Source: Macrostomum hystrix
Taxonomy: Eukaryota; Animalia; Platyhelminthes
DNA: 64,000 bases
Assembly (NCBI GenBank): GCA_950097015.1
Contig: CATNEN010000024.1
Location: 3,968,001 to 4,032,000, forward strand
Direction of reading: 5' to 3'
Under the pieces are notes generated by a model. It ran no database searches. It saw only the letters and a list, made by a program, of their open reading frames with translations, and was not told the origin of the DNA. The position numbers and the translations under genes are program-made. How positions within the stretch are numbered: the first letter of the stretch is position 1; each line of letters opens with the position of its first letter. Of the stretch, positions 37,601 through 49,620 are shown piece after piece.

Positions 37601-38171
37601 TTTCCCTGTGGCTGCGTCCGCTTCCTCCTGAATGAGTAGCAGCACAATGATAACTGGAAATTAATGCATTTGTTTAATTGCACCGATTGCATAGTTGAAT
37701 TTGATCCCTTTTGTCTTTTTCTTTTTATGGGTTTTGGGTTCTGGCTTCTGGGAAAAGTTTTTGGGCTTATGTGTTGGCTATGGGTTATGGGTTATGGATT
37801 ATGGGTTATGGGTTATGGATAATGTATTATGGATTATGGGTTATGGATTATGGGTTATGGATTATGGATTATGGGTTATGGATTATGGATTATGGATTAT
37901 GGATAATGTATTATGGGTTATGGGTTATGGATTATGGGTTATGGGTTATGGGTTATGGGTTATGGGTTATGGATTATGGGTTATGAACTATGGGTTTATA
38001 TATTATGGATTATGGATTTTCGATTATGGATTATGGATTATGGGTTATGAACTATGGGTTTATAGATTATGGATTATGGATTATAGATTATGGATTATGG
38101 GTTATGGGTTATGAACTATGGCTTTATAGATTATGGATTATGGATTATGGATTATGAACTATGGGTTTATA

Positions 38172-38214
<43 letters not shown>

Positions 38215-41200
38215 GTTATGAACTATGGGTTTATAGATTATGGATTCAGATTTTTCGCTTTTGTGTTTCTCTTTTTTCCTTTGCTTCTAGGCTTTAGTCA
38301 AATCACGGCGACAAACCTAGGAATTGTAAGCACGGATTTCAAGTATTTTTTACTGAACAACCCATTCCGTACTACTCGCTGAGGTAGATTGGAGTGCATA
38401 TTATCATCTTAAAGTAGAGCCCGCTGATATGTAAATGATGCGTTTTGAACTCCTAGCTGAAAATGTTCCTTTCCTAATTAAGCAGATACCGCAGCAGAAA
38501 ATGCTACCGATTTGCACTTTTAAATGCGCTTGCTTGTTGGAAAGGTCAAAGCCTTGCCACTAAGCGCGAGTCAAGATTTTCGAAACCGCATGGTTATTTC
38601 CTTCGGTTTGCGCCGAACGGAAGATGCAGCATTAGTGATTGGGTTAAGGCTCAGTTTGACTAGTTCAAAGCTGCATATCCTACGTCAGGCTTAATTAGAA
38701 GTTAGCAGAACTAGTGATGAATCGACAGAGAAATACAAGACCAACCTCGTGCAGTAAGTTTCACACCCACCCGTTCACACCAGTTTCAACCAATCTTATT
38801 CACCAGCCCAAACAGGTTAAATGGGCATTTTATTCAACTAATATCAATTTGATCACTTGTTTCTTGCCGACAATTTAAAACGCTAGCGTTTTATAACATT
38901 AAACCGTGAAATACTTTTATAAGTATGACTACCAAGCCATTTTGCTGCCACTTGCGCAGCTCAACCACGATGGTGTCCTGTGGTTGAGCTGCGCCTAATA
39001 TTTTGGCTTGATCAGTAAAATTGGAGAAATTCACGTCAGGGTGTCCATTAGTGGCCTTGTTCCACCTGTTGTAGCCCTTGAAGGTCCAGCAGTCCGTCTA
39101 GATAAAGGTAGGTGACCACCGAAGACGGATGATGCAGGCACATTCGGATGACATGCTGATAAATTTTGAAGGCCTGGCAAAGCCGCACTGAGGCGCAGTG
39201 CTAACTCGTGTACAGAGGTGTATGAAATACACTAGCTCTTATGTGAAAAATAAGACTTTCGGTCAGAACAATTGAATATCTCGACGATCCCAAGGGCTGG
39301 TGACTGGGTTCTTGTTTCAGAAGATGCGCAACAAAAAGTTGGCCCGTGTTCTTGAGTTTCGTGATCATGACTTGAGATTATAATCTTACAAGCAACACTA
39401 ATGACCCAGAAAAAGTTAGAAAGTTTTCAAAGAAAAATACACTACGGAGATACACTATCTAGTCACCTAGTGGAGACTGGCAATGGGTCAAATACATTAA
39501 GATGAGCAAATGGCAAAGAACAAAGAGCTTAAACGCCTTTTAGGCGCAGTGGAGGGCATGTAGAGAAAAAAATGTGAAATCGATGGTTCATAATATATTA
39601 CAAACTATTTTTTACTTCTAAAACCAGCCTCAAATTTATTTCTAAGAAACGTAGTTTCTCGTCCTTCTACTCTCGTCCTTGAACTCAACTTCAATTTGTA
39701 TAATTAAGGGCAATTGATAAGTGAAAACGCATGTCACCTGTAGATAAGAGCGCATTCAATAATCGAAAGTTCCGACTATTATTACTAATTATTTAATTAT
39801 TTTTAATTATTAATTATTAATTATTAATTATTATTACTTATTTCTTATTTCTTCTTATTTCTTATTTTCTTATTTCTTATTTCTTATTACTTATTATTAC
39901 TTAATTATTACTAATTATTATTAATTATTAATTAATTATTTTTATTATTTTTTATTAATTACTTAATTAATTAATTAATAAAGCTAATTTTAGAGTGTAC
40001 TTTCTGCTCACCGATGAGACCCATGATGACCAGCTTGCTGATAAACAGCACAAATTCAGTGATTTTGTCCACAACAGCCACGCGTACAATGTTGCGCAAG
40101 ATTAGGAAAAATGCGTCTTTTGCTGACAGGCAGAAATTTCTACCGTAGATTGCCACCTGCGGATCAGGGCGATGGATTTTAACAAAACTGGTCAAACAAT
40201 TATAATGTAAAGAAACAAATAATTATGTTAAAACGTTTACCATAATATAGGCATTCTTGCTAATGAACTTCACAAACTTCTCTAAACACCAGAAGCAGCA
40301 TTTCAGGCACTTGACAAAGAACTTCCCAATGGGATTCTGGGTGCCGCTCAGTTTCTGATCGATGTACTCGAGGATGATGCGAATCATTTGCACGATGGCG
40401 ATTATTAGGGAGCCGAACGCGATCGAGCCCAGGTGATATCTGAGGGTTGGTGAGGCTGCGAAACTAAAACCTGGCGGAAGACAGCCTCAAACTTTGATTG
40501 GCTGAGGTGAGTGACGTGCTTTTGTACAATATTGGTTACACAAAATATTTTTCTAAAAGTAGTAACACCTCGATAGTGTAATTGGCTGCTTATTAGTAAA
40601 AAACCGGAGCTTGAAATTTTATTGGCTGATGTCAGTCACGTGCTTTGTATAAAAGTGGTTAAGCACAGCGGGTTCCCCAATCGCTTTTCTAAAAATAGCA
40701 TCAACTACCTCCTGGCCAATAATTAGCATTCAGTCAGACCTGACGCATCGCCAGAACGAGGCCAGCAGAGGAAAAGTTGGAATATCCTTCGGCTTGTTGA
40801 ATGCAAAATAATAGGACGCGAACGCTCCGGCCAAAGTCATCTGGCAGAGGCCGTCGACAAAGTTGAATAGCCACAGGAACATGAACATGTTGTACATCTG
40901 CATGTACACAGAGAAGCTGAAATGTTTGTATGGGAGACTGTTCGAGAATCTTAAACTAATAATTATAATTAAAACAATTTGCGTTTTCAAAGTTCGCTTC
41001 TCCACTAAAAAATAAAAAATAGGAAAACGTTGAAAAAGTTGCGAAGCGGTAGAAATTTCTCCACAATGACCAATACCAAGCGATGCAACTGATGAAACTG
41101 TGAACAAGCTGAAGCAATAATTTTGAGTCCGAAAATCACCCCCCAGAATACAAAAAAGCTTCCCATTTTCTTGGGAAATGGTCAACTTCAGTTTTTTACC

Positions 41201-44200
41201 TACCGTTTAGCTCTAGTTTGTACGCAAAGAAGGTGGTAGCTGGTTAAAGTCTGGCTTTTTTAGTCACAGCACTCACAGAATGCTTAAATTGTTATTTTGT
41301 AAACAAAATTGTTGACAATTTGCCTGGCCGGGGTTGCAGCCTATAGTCGTTACGACTTGAAGGTCGGTGGTTCGATTCTCGACTCCGCTAAATTCTCGAC
41401 TTCAGGAGCGAGATTTGAGAATTGATCAAATTCGAACGCTGTCAGCCTCACCTCGGATTTACTCAGGACCCTAGGCAACCAGCGTTCGAAATCAGAGAGC
41501 TAAAAACTCATCTCAACATGGTCTCCCTTACCCGTCGTCACCGTATTTAACGAAGCGACACATCGAGCCTGCAGTGCCGGGAGCCTGAAATTGTGAGCCA
41601 GAACAATTTTTGCAGGTACCGTGACCGTTTGCAGGTTCACGCTCACACTTCTGCCCTGACTTTCTCATCGTCAGTGTAAGTGTTCACTCTCACTGTGCAT
41701 TGGAGGCTGACCCTAGAGGGCTTAAATTGAACGACAACCGCAAATTAATGTGGCCTCGCCGGGAGCTCAGTGACCTTGAGAGTCAATGGACTGAACAGCT
41801 GCACCACAGGCTGTACACCTGGCCCAACTAGGCTGGTTTCATTTCAATTTGACACCAAGCCCCAATCCCCAATGACTTTTGTGCCTAGCTATTGAGTGTA
41901 TCCGTTTAGTTTCAATGTGTTTTCGCTAATTCTCACATTCGGATCGCACGGCGCAAACTGGTTGAGCATAGCATCAATCTTAGCCTTGGCCTCAGCCTCG
42001 CTCAGTCCGGTGGTGTTCAAACTGTTGACAGCGGTCTGATTGGGCGACGATCGCATCTCCGGCTTGCCCATGCTGCCGATGTACAGAGCAGTGACCACGC
42101 AGAACACTAGCACCAGCAGCTGCAGCAGGAACGGTACAATGGGGAACACCAGGGTGGTCATCATGTGCGCGATGCACTTGCTAGTCTCCGAGATGATGGC
42201 GATGGCGATGCTGATCCGTTCGCGCAGCCAGACTAACAGGATGATTACAATGACTAGAATCACCGCGGACACGATGCCGATCACCAGCCAGGTAGTCGAC
42301 AGCTGGCCGTAGTAGCCAATGTCCGCTGTCAGCTTGAATTTCTCTTCAATGTCGCGCGATTTCTGCTTGAGATCGGCGTATTTGCAGAATGTGAAGATCA
42401 CCAGGAAGACGAACACACAGACGAAGCCCACAATGGCCGCTATGACCATGATGCGGGCAAGAAACCGCAGCAGCAGCACCCAAACCAGCGACAGCAGCAC
42501 AGCCAGGATGAAGCCGAACAGGATGTAAGGCCAGGTGTTCACCACATCCTGGAACAGCGACTGCAGGAAGCCGTAGAACTTGACAAACTGTGACATGACA
42601 GCCGTGCCGGATCGCAACTCGCCGGAGCCCACAGTCTGGTTGTTGCCGGCCGTGATGTTGGTTGGCACTGAGCCCAGGCTGTCAATCAGCTTGCCGCCGA
42701 CATCCTCCAGCAGCTTCGGCATGCAGCGGCCCAGCAGGTCGGAGGTGGGCATTGTGAACGGGGCGCACAGGCCGTCATCCACTAGTGACTTGATGCTGCG
42801 CCCAATGTATTCGGGATGAAGGCCGTCTCGACCACGAAGGCAGACCATTCGACGGCGCTCATCAGGGGAGACGCGCCCGATGGCGGCCTCGTGAGCCTGC
42901 GCTGTCAGCCAGCTCCACCAAGCCGACGGGCAGCTGGCGACGCAAACCTGCGGCGTCGGGCAGCCCAGTTGAAGTACCGCGATGCCCATGCGAGCGCAAA
43001 CGGTGAAGTCGAAATAAGCGAGCTTCGTTCTGTCTCTGCAGTGACGATTTTTACCGTTGTTTTGGCGTTTGAATTTTTGTTTATCCGTCAGAGAAGAAAA
43101 TTGCTTTGTCAGTACTGATAGCCCACCTGTCAGAACTGATAGCCCACCTGTCAGAACTGATAGTCTACCTGTCAGAACTGATAGCCTACCTGTCAGAACT
43201 GATAGCCTACCTGTCAGAACTGATAGCCTACCTGTCAGAACTGATAGCCTACCTGTCAGAACTGATAGCCTACCTGTCAGAACTGATAGCCTACCTGTCA
43301 GAACTGATAGCCTACCTGTCAGAACTGATAGCCCACCTGTCAGAACTGATAGCCTACCTGTCAGAACTGATAGCCTACCTGTCAGAACTGATAGCCTACC
43401 TGTCAGTACTAATAGCCCACCTGTCAGAACTGATAGCCTACCTGTCAGAACTGATAGCCTACCTGTCAGAACTGATAGCCTACCTGTCAGAACTGATAGC
43501 CTACCTGTCAGAACTGATAGCCTACCTGTCAGAACTGATAGCCTACCTGTCAGAACTGATAGCCTACCTGTCAGAACTGATAGCCTACCTATCAGAACAG
43601 ACAGCCTATAAAATTGTAAGCAGAAGGATGCTGTGCAGACTTACGGTATATCCTTGCCGCATATTCGTCCCTCCGAGTCTGTAGGAAAAATGATGCGCTT
43701 CGGATCGCCTCTGGCGTAAGCTGGAAAATTAATCAATTTTAGATCGTTAGGTGTACATGCTATCTTCTGGATGTACGAGCGTAGATTTCTGTGAAATATG
43801 ATTTTTTTAATCATTTAGACGACTTGTTAACTCACCAACAACAGCAAACAGCAGCAGGATTGAAATGCAGAATGCGAATACGATGAGGCAGATTACGTCT
43901 GTGCACGATCGGTCCTGGATTGGACCCTTAAAGTTCTTTTCGTACTGGTGCGGATCGCCTGGGTGCGAAATTGAGACTGCGTGTACTTGTAAGTTGATAC
44001 TGATAAGGCTTTAATTGATTTCTATGAAATCACCTACGTCAGAGGTCAGCTAACATACCTCGCAAGCCAAAGAAAAAATCTTAAATACGACAGCAGGGCC
44101 GCATGGTTTGAAGCGATAAGACAGAGAAGAGATGAGACGACACAGATGAGAGATAAGACAGTGGAGAGTTGAGAAAGGAGAGATGAAGACGGAAGAGAGA

Positions 44201-44999
44201 TAATACACGTGAGAGATAAGAGAGTGGAGAGATAAAGGCAATTGAGAGATGAAGGCAGTTGAGAGATGAAGGCAGTTGAGAGATGAAGGCAGTTGAGAGA
44301 TGGGACAGTGAGAGATGGGACAGTGAGAGATGGGACAGTGAGAGATGGGACAGTGAGAGATGGGACAGTGAGAGATGGGACCGTGAGAAATGAAGACAGT
44401 GAGAGATGAAGGCAGTTGAGAGATGGGACAGTGAGAGATGGGACAGTGAGAGATGGGACAGTGAGAGATGGGACAGTGAGAGATGGGACAGTGAGAGATG
44501 GGACAGTGAGAGATGGGACAGTGAGAAATGAAGACAGTGAGAGATGAAGACAGTGAGAGATGGGACAGTGAGAGATGGGACAGTGAGAGATGGGACAGTG
44601 AGAGATGGGACAGTGAGAGATGGGACAGTGAGAAATGAAGACAGTGAGAGATGGGACAGTGAGAGATGGGACAGTGAGAAATGAAGACAGTGAGAGATGG
44701 GACAGTGAGAAATGAGACACGGGAGAGATTAGAAAGGGAAGAGTATGTGTTGGAAGTGCCTGAACCGGAGGTTCGAGAGCTGCATCTGGCCCTGCAGGCC
44801 GGACATTGCAAACCTCTGAACAAAAGCATTAGTGATTACAAAGACTATATGAAAGGAAAATTAGCCAATTATCCAGCCATGTTCCAAGGAAAGCCATGTT
44901 CACCCTGCAGCTAGGTATAGCTAACAAACCTGTTGGCGACTTCTCAACTAGTCCGGCTTTCTCGCCGTCCTTAGCCGAGCCGCCAAAGCAGTTGCCCAT
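34695..44999 (-). CDS. SLC44A2: Choline transporter-like protein (SLC44/CTL, CTL2/4/5-like), 11 exons, 761 aa
   Basis: Exons 44999-44930, 43958-43836, 43720-43645, 43035-41937, 41584-41532, 40916-40740, 40439-40241, 40156-40012, 37198-37095, 36592-36508, 34849-34695. All are GT-AG and phase-consistent, total 2286 nt. Motifs: RSCTDVICL, GDPKRIIFPTDSEGRICG, CPTPQVCV, RYHLGSIAFGSLIIA, CLKCCFWCLEKF, NAYIMVAIYG, VDTIFLCFLEDLERNDGS..PYYMS. Paralogue assignment is nominal. Confidence 0.95.
34920..36400. repeat. Polypyrimidine/polypurine low-complexity array (CTCCACTCTTCTCCTCTC-type units) in the last CTL intron
   Basis: About 1.5 kb of near-pure C/T (plus A) on the + strand, with duplicated sub-blocks. 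Confidence 0.95.
37775..38245 (+). repeat. 7-bp (GGGTTAT/GGATTAT)n satellite in a CTL intron
   Basis: Direct reading. Confidence 0.95.
39048..39176 (-). pseudogene. Possible decayed retroelement reverse-transcriptase fragment
   Basis: Minus-strand translation QAFKIYQHVIRMCLHHPSSVVTYLYLDGLL resembles the RT region ending in Y(L/I)DD, here YLDG. Weak and short. Confidence 0.28.
39780..39978. repeat. AT-rich (ATT/TTCTTAT) low-complexity tract
   Basis: Direct reading. Confidence 0.9.
41345..41400 (+). mobile_element. SINE family 1 head fragment
   Basis: ACGACTTGAAGGTCGGTGGTTCGATTCTCG matches ACGACTTGAAGGTCGGAGGTTCGATTCCCG at ~60855-60885. Confidence 0.6.
41620..41779 (-). mobile_element. SINE family 2 copy in CTL intron 4, abutting a family 1 tail fragment (41783-41835, +)
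   Basis: Reverse complement CAAGGTCACTGAGCTCCCGGCGAGGCC..CACAGTGAGAGTGAAC..CTGACGATGAGAAAGTCAGGGC. The tail GTCAATGGACTGAACAGC..CTGGCCCAA matches 60961-61045. Confidence 0.7.
43115..43600 (+). repeat. 21-bp minisatellite (CCTACCTGTCAGAACTGATAG) x ~23 in CTL intron 3
   Basis: Direct reading. Confidence 0.97.
44040..44818. mobile_element. Degenerate hAT-like MITE with an internal 15-bp (GACAGTGAGAGATGG)n array
   Basis: Ends CAGAGGTCAGC.. / ..ATCTGGCCCTGCAGGCCGGACATTGCAAACCTCTG. The right end resembles 56026-56062. Array at ~44270-44710. No TSD seen. Confidence 0.5.
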
Positions 45000-45570
45000 G
45001 GCAAAGCAGTTTCTTATTGCTTTTGTTTTCAACAAAGACTATGAAAGTAGAAGATAAACTGAAGGCCTCGGTGGCTGAATGGGAAATAACGAGTCACTCT
45101 GCTTTGGAGGTAAGTTGGTCACAATGCCCCGTGCAAGTTGTCTTTATAGCACTCAGATCAATAAACCATTTTAGCCAGCCAAGTGTAGTGGGTAAAAGAC
45201 AATTTGTGTTGTATGCTGCAATGCTAATCCCTACAGAGTTAGTGACAATGCCCCTCCTCCCCAATCCACCAATAAATTCATTGCCTGTGGGCGGATCGAC
45301 TAAGGAAGTTGAGTCGGTTGGGGAGAACTGTGGAACTCAATTGGTACCAACGCAGGGGCAGGGGGGCAACGTTGGAGTTTGGTTTTGGGAAAATAATCGA
45401 TAAAGTATAGTAAAAGAAAAATGTCCCATGCGAAAAGAATAGCCACACTTGTCTGCGTTCGCCAACACACTTATTGTGTCCCCCTCCTTGGCCCAACTTA
45501 GTGTCCGACCGAAGAACTTCAGTTTTTTTCATGTGCCTTCATCTGCTGCTTCTTATGGTTCGGATATGGT

Positions 45571-45975
45571 GCGGAGTGGCAGAGTAGTCTAACCCGCACC
45601 AAGGTCCCTGAGCTCGATTCCGAGGCGAGGCCATATTCATTTGGGTCGCAGCGGTGGAGAAAAGTCGTGCCATTCACGCCGTTGAGGGCCAACCTCCAAG
45701 GCACAGTGAGAGTGTACAACTGCCTGACTTTTGTAGGAGGGCTGTGGGCAATGGCACATCATTTGGTGACACTAGACCCGCAGCCAGCGAGGAGGCAATT
45801 CTGTCCATTTCACTGACTCCTGCTCGCACACAGATACCGTACGCAGGCATACGCTCACACAGGTGTTGTACATGTGCCCTGACTTTCTCATCGTCAGGCA
45901 GTGTACACTCTCACTGTGCCTTGGCCCTCAAGGGCGTAAATTGCACGAAAAGTCCCAAGCCTTCTCTCCGCGGCT
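45571..45975. mobile_element. Two SINE family 2 copies in inverted, tail-to-tail orientation (45571-45740 +, 45850-45975 -)
   Basis: A box TGGCAGAGTAG and B box GAGCTCGATTCC. CCAAGGCACAGTGAGAGTGTACAACTGCCTGAC (~45696-45728) pairs with GTCAGGCAGTGTACACTCTCACTGTGCCTTGG (~45892-45923). Confidence 0.75.
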
Positions 45976-46989
45976 GCGCCTAAAATTAAACTGCATCAGT
46001 GAACTTGATGCGAAAGGCTACTAACCCCCTAACGAGCCTAGATTTACTAAATGTGTGCCTTAAATTTACTAATAAATACGGAAATTAAATATTCTGTATG
46101 CTTGCTCACGGATATTTCCGTGATAGTCAGAGCTTGAACAGCCGATACCGCATTTTCCCATGCTGAATTGTGCTGAAATAGAAGCTAAAATTAAAAGTTA
46201 TTTCAGTTTGTTAGTTTAGATTAAATATTTAGTTGAACGAATATAGCACCAATAAAAGGAAATATTTTCTGTTTTTTACTGCTTATCAGTTTTTTTTAAG
46301 TTTTTTGTGAAGAGTGTACTCTAAAATTTCAAAAAAGTTAACTTTTTCATTAACTTATTCATCTCTTTCCTCTCACCTTTCCTGTATTTTAACTCACTTT
46401 TAATGCTGAAAAATGTATGCATGAGATACTCACGGGATTCTTGACTTTCAGAAGAGATTCTTTTTCCGGAGGTCGTTCTGTGGGCAGATGGGCAAGTTGC
46501 TGCAGGTATTCGTCGGCGGGCAAATGGTTGCCTTTAATTGGCGAGACCCCAAGCGCACTTTTAGAAATACATTGACCTGACGATTCTTGGGCCCAGTATA
46601 TATCATGTTTAATTCTAAGACAATCAATAAAGGCATGTGAATTTTGTATACTGTATGCACTTTCTCCACGAAACTGTTTTGTAGATAAGCGAGGGTAAAC
46701 AACCCGAAAGTTGTGAAATTTTCTGCAGATAAACTGAAAATACAGTGTGCTGCATTGTTCATCTAAATCTCACCTAACTTATGGCGGGATACGTACTAAT
46801 GTTTAGCTATTACGTTAGGTTTACAACAAAAAAACGAACCCGAAGTTGGTAAGCTCGATTGTGCATGACAGCCGTATTGTATTTAGGTAGTATACTAGCA
46901 AGTTTTGCCCCCCTTCGGGGAGCAGAAATACTTTTAATTCGTCTAGTATATACTTTTTAGCAGCTGAATTTACAGCTTTTTAAAGCTAC

Positions 46990-49170
46990 AATGAACCCCC
47001 AGTTGACAATGATCCCCCAGTTGACAATGATCCCCCAGTTGACAATGAACCCCCAGTTAACAATGAACCCCCAGTTGACAACGATCCCCCAGTTGACAAT
47101 GATCCCCCATTTGACAATGATCCCCCAGTTGACAATGATCCCACAGTTGACAATGATCCCCCAGTTGACAAAGATCCCCCAGTTCACAATGATCACCCAG
47201 TTGATGATGATCCCCCAGTTGATGATGTTCCCCCCAGTTGAAAATGATCCCCCAGTTGACAATGATCCCCCAGTTGACAATGATCCCACAGTTGACAATG
47301 ATCCCCCAGTTGACAAAGATCCCCCAGTTCACAATGATCACCCAGTTGATGATGATCCCCCAGTTGATGATGATCCCCCAGTTGAAAATGATCCCCCAGT
47401 TGACAATGATCCCCCAGTTGACAATGATCCCCCAGTTGACAATGATCCCCCAGTTAACAAAGATCCCCCAGTTCACAATGATCCCCCAGTTGATGAAGTC
47501 TCCCCATTGATGATGATCCCCAGTTAACAATGTTCCCCCAGTTGACAATGATCCCCCAGTTGATGATGATCACCCAGTTGACAATGATCCCCCAGTTGAC
47601 AATGATCCCCCAGTTGACAATGATCCCCCAGTTGACAATGATCCCCCAGTTGATGATGATCCCCCAGTTGACAATGATCCCCCAGTTGAGAATGATCCCT
47701 CAGTTGACAATGATCCCCCAGTTAACAAAGATCCCGCCGGTTGACAATGATCCCACAGTTGACAATGAACCCCCAGTTGACAATGATCCCCCAGTTGATG
47801 ATGATCCCCCAGTTGACAATGATCCCCCAGTTGACAATGATCCCCCAGTTGACAATGAACCCCCAGTTGACAACGATCCCCCAGTTGACAATGATCCCCC
47901 AGTTGACAATGATCCCCCAGTTGACAATGATCCCCCAGTTAACAAAGATCCCCCAGTTCACAATGATCCCCCAGTTGATGAAGTCTCCCCATTGATGATG
48001 ATCCCCAGTTAACAATGTTCCCCCAGTTGACAATGATCCCCCAGTTGATGATGATCACCCAGTTGACAATGATCCCCCAGTTGACAATGATCCCCCAGTT
48101 GACAATGATCCCCCAGTTGACAATGATCCCCCAGTTGATGATGATCCCCCAGTTGACAATGATCCCCCAGTTGAGAATGATCCCCCAGTTGACAATGATC
48201 CCCCAGTTAACAAAGATCCCGCCGGTTGACAATGATCCCACAGTATACAATGATCCCCCAGTTGACAAAGATCCCCCAGTTCACAATGATCCCCCAGTTG
48301 ACAAAGATCCCCCAGTTCTCAATGATCCCCCAGTTGATGATGATCCCCAGTTGATGATGATTCCCCAGTTGACAATTATCCCCCAGTTGACCATTACCCC
48401 CCAGTTGACAATGATCTCTCAGTTCACAATGATCCCCCAGTTGACAATGATCCCCCAGTTGACAATGAACCCCCAGTTGACAATGAACCCCCAGTTGACA
48501 AAGATCCCCCAGTTGACAATGATCCCCCATTTGACAATGATCCCCCAGTTGACAATGATCCCCCAGTTGACAATGATCCCCCAGTTGACAATGATCCCCC
48601 AGTTGACAATGATCCCCCAGTTGAGAATGATCCCCTAGTTGAGAATGATCCCCCAGTTGACAATGATCCCCCAGTTGACAATGATCCCCAAGTTGACAAT
48701 GATCCCCCAGTTGACAATGATCCCCCAGTTGACAATGATCCCGCCGGTTGACAATGAACCCCCAGTTGACAATGATCCCCCAGTTGATGATGATCCCCCA
48801 GTTGACAATGATCCCCCAGTTGACAATGATCCCCCAGTTGACAATGAACCCCCAGTTGACAACGATCCCCCAGTTGACAATGATCCCCCAGTTGACAATG
48901 ATCCCACAGTTGACAAAGATCCCCCAGTTGACAATGATTCCCAAGTTGACCATGATCCCCCAGTTGAGAATGATCCCCCAGTTGACAATGATCCCCCAGT
49001 TGACAATGATCCCCAAGTTGACCATGATCCCCCATTTGATGATGATTCCCCAGTTGACAATTATCCCCCAGTTGACAATGATCCCCCAGTTTACCAAGAT
49101 CCTCCAGTTGACGATTATCCCCCAGTTTACCTTGATCCCCATTTTGATGATGACTCCCCAGTTGACGTTG
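46990..49170 (+). repeat. 18-bp satellite (GTTGACAATGATCCCCCA)n inside Helitron A
   Basis: About 120 units, with a 485-bp higher-order duplication (GATGAAGTCTCCCC at 47492 and 47977). Confidence 0.98.
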
Positions 49171-49189
49171 ATTTTTCAAACGCTGGGTT

Positions 49190-49620
49190 AGCCAAGATTC
49201 AAACTCAGGTTTCGCCATGTTTTAAACCCTGGTGGGCTATAATTCAAACTCTCGTTTTACCATGATTCAAACTCTGGTTTAGCCATGATTCAAACTCTGG
49301 TTTAGCCATGATTCAAACTCTGGTTTAGCCATGATTCAGACTCTGGTTTAGCCATGATTCAAACTCTGGTGTAGCCATGATTCAGACTCTGGTTTAGCCA
49401 TGATTCAAACTCTGGTGTAGCCATGATTCAGACTCTGGTTTAGCCATGATTCAAACTCTGGTGTAGCCATGATTCAGACTCTGGTTTAGCCATGATCGAA
49501 ACTCTGGTGTAGCCATGATTCAGACTCTGGTTTAGCCATGATTCAGACTCTAGTTTAGCCATGATTCAGACTCTGGTTTAGCCATGATTCAAACTCTATT
49601 TTTGCAATGATTCAAACTCA
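49190..49620 (+). repeat. 23-bp satellite (GCCATGATTCAAACTCTGGTTTA)n inside Helitron A
   Basis: Period of 23 measured from 49261 to 49284. The same unit appears at 51010-51280. Confidence 0.95.

Noticed and set aside
41040-41260. Alternative candidates for the CTL exon between 41937 and 40916
   Set aside because: Weak acceptors or wrong phase. Exon 41584-41532 (GSMCRFVKY) has better splice sites and fits the family.
41345-41835. SINE2 nested within a single SINE1 (head at 41345, tail at 41783)
   Set aside because: CTL coding exon 5 (41584-41532) lies between head and tail, so they are separate fragments in different introns.
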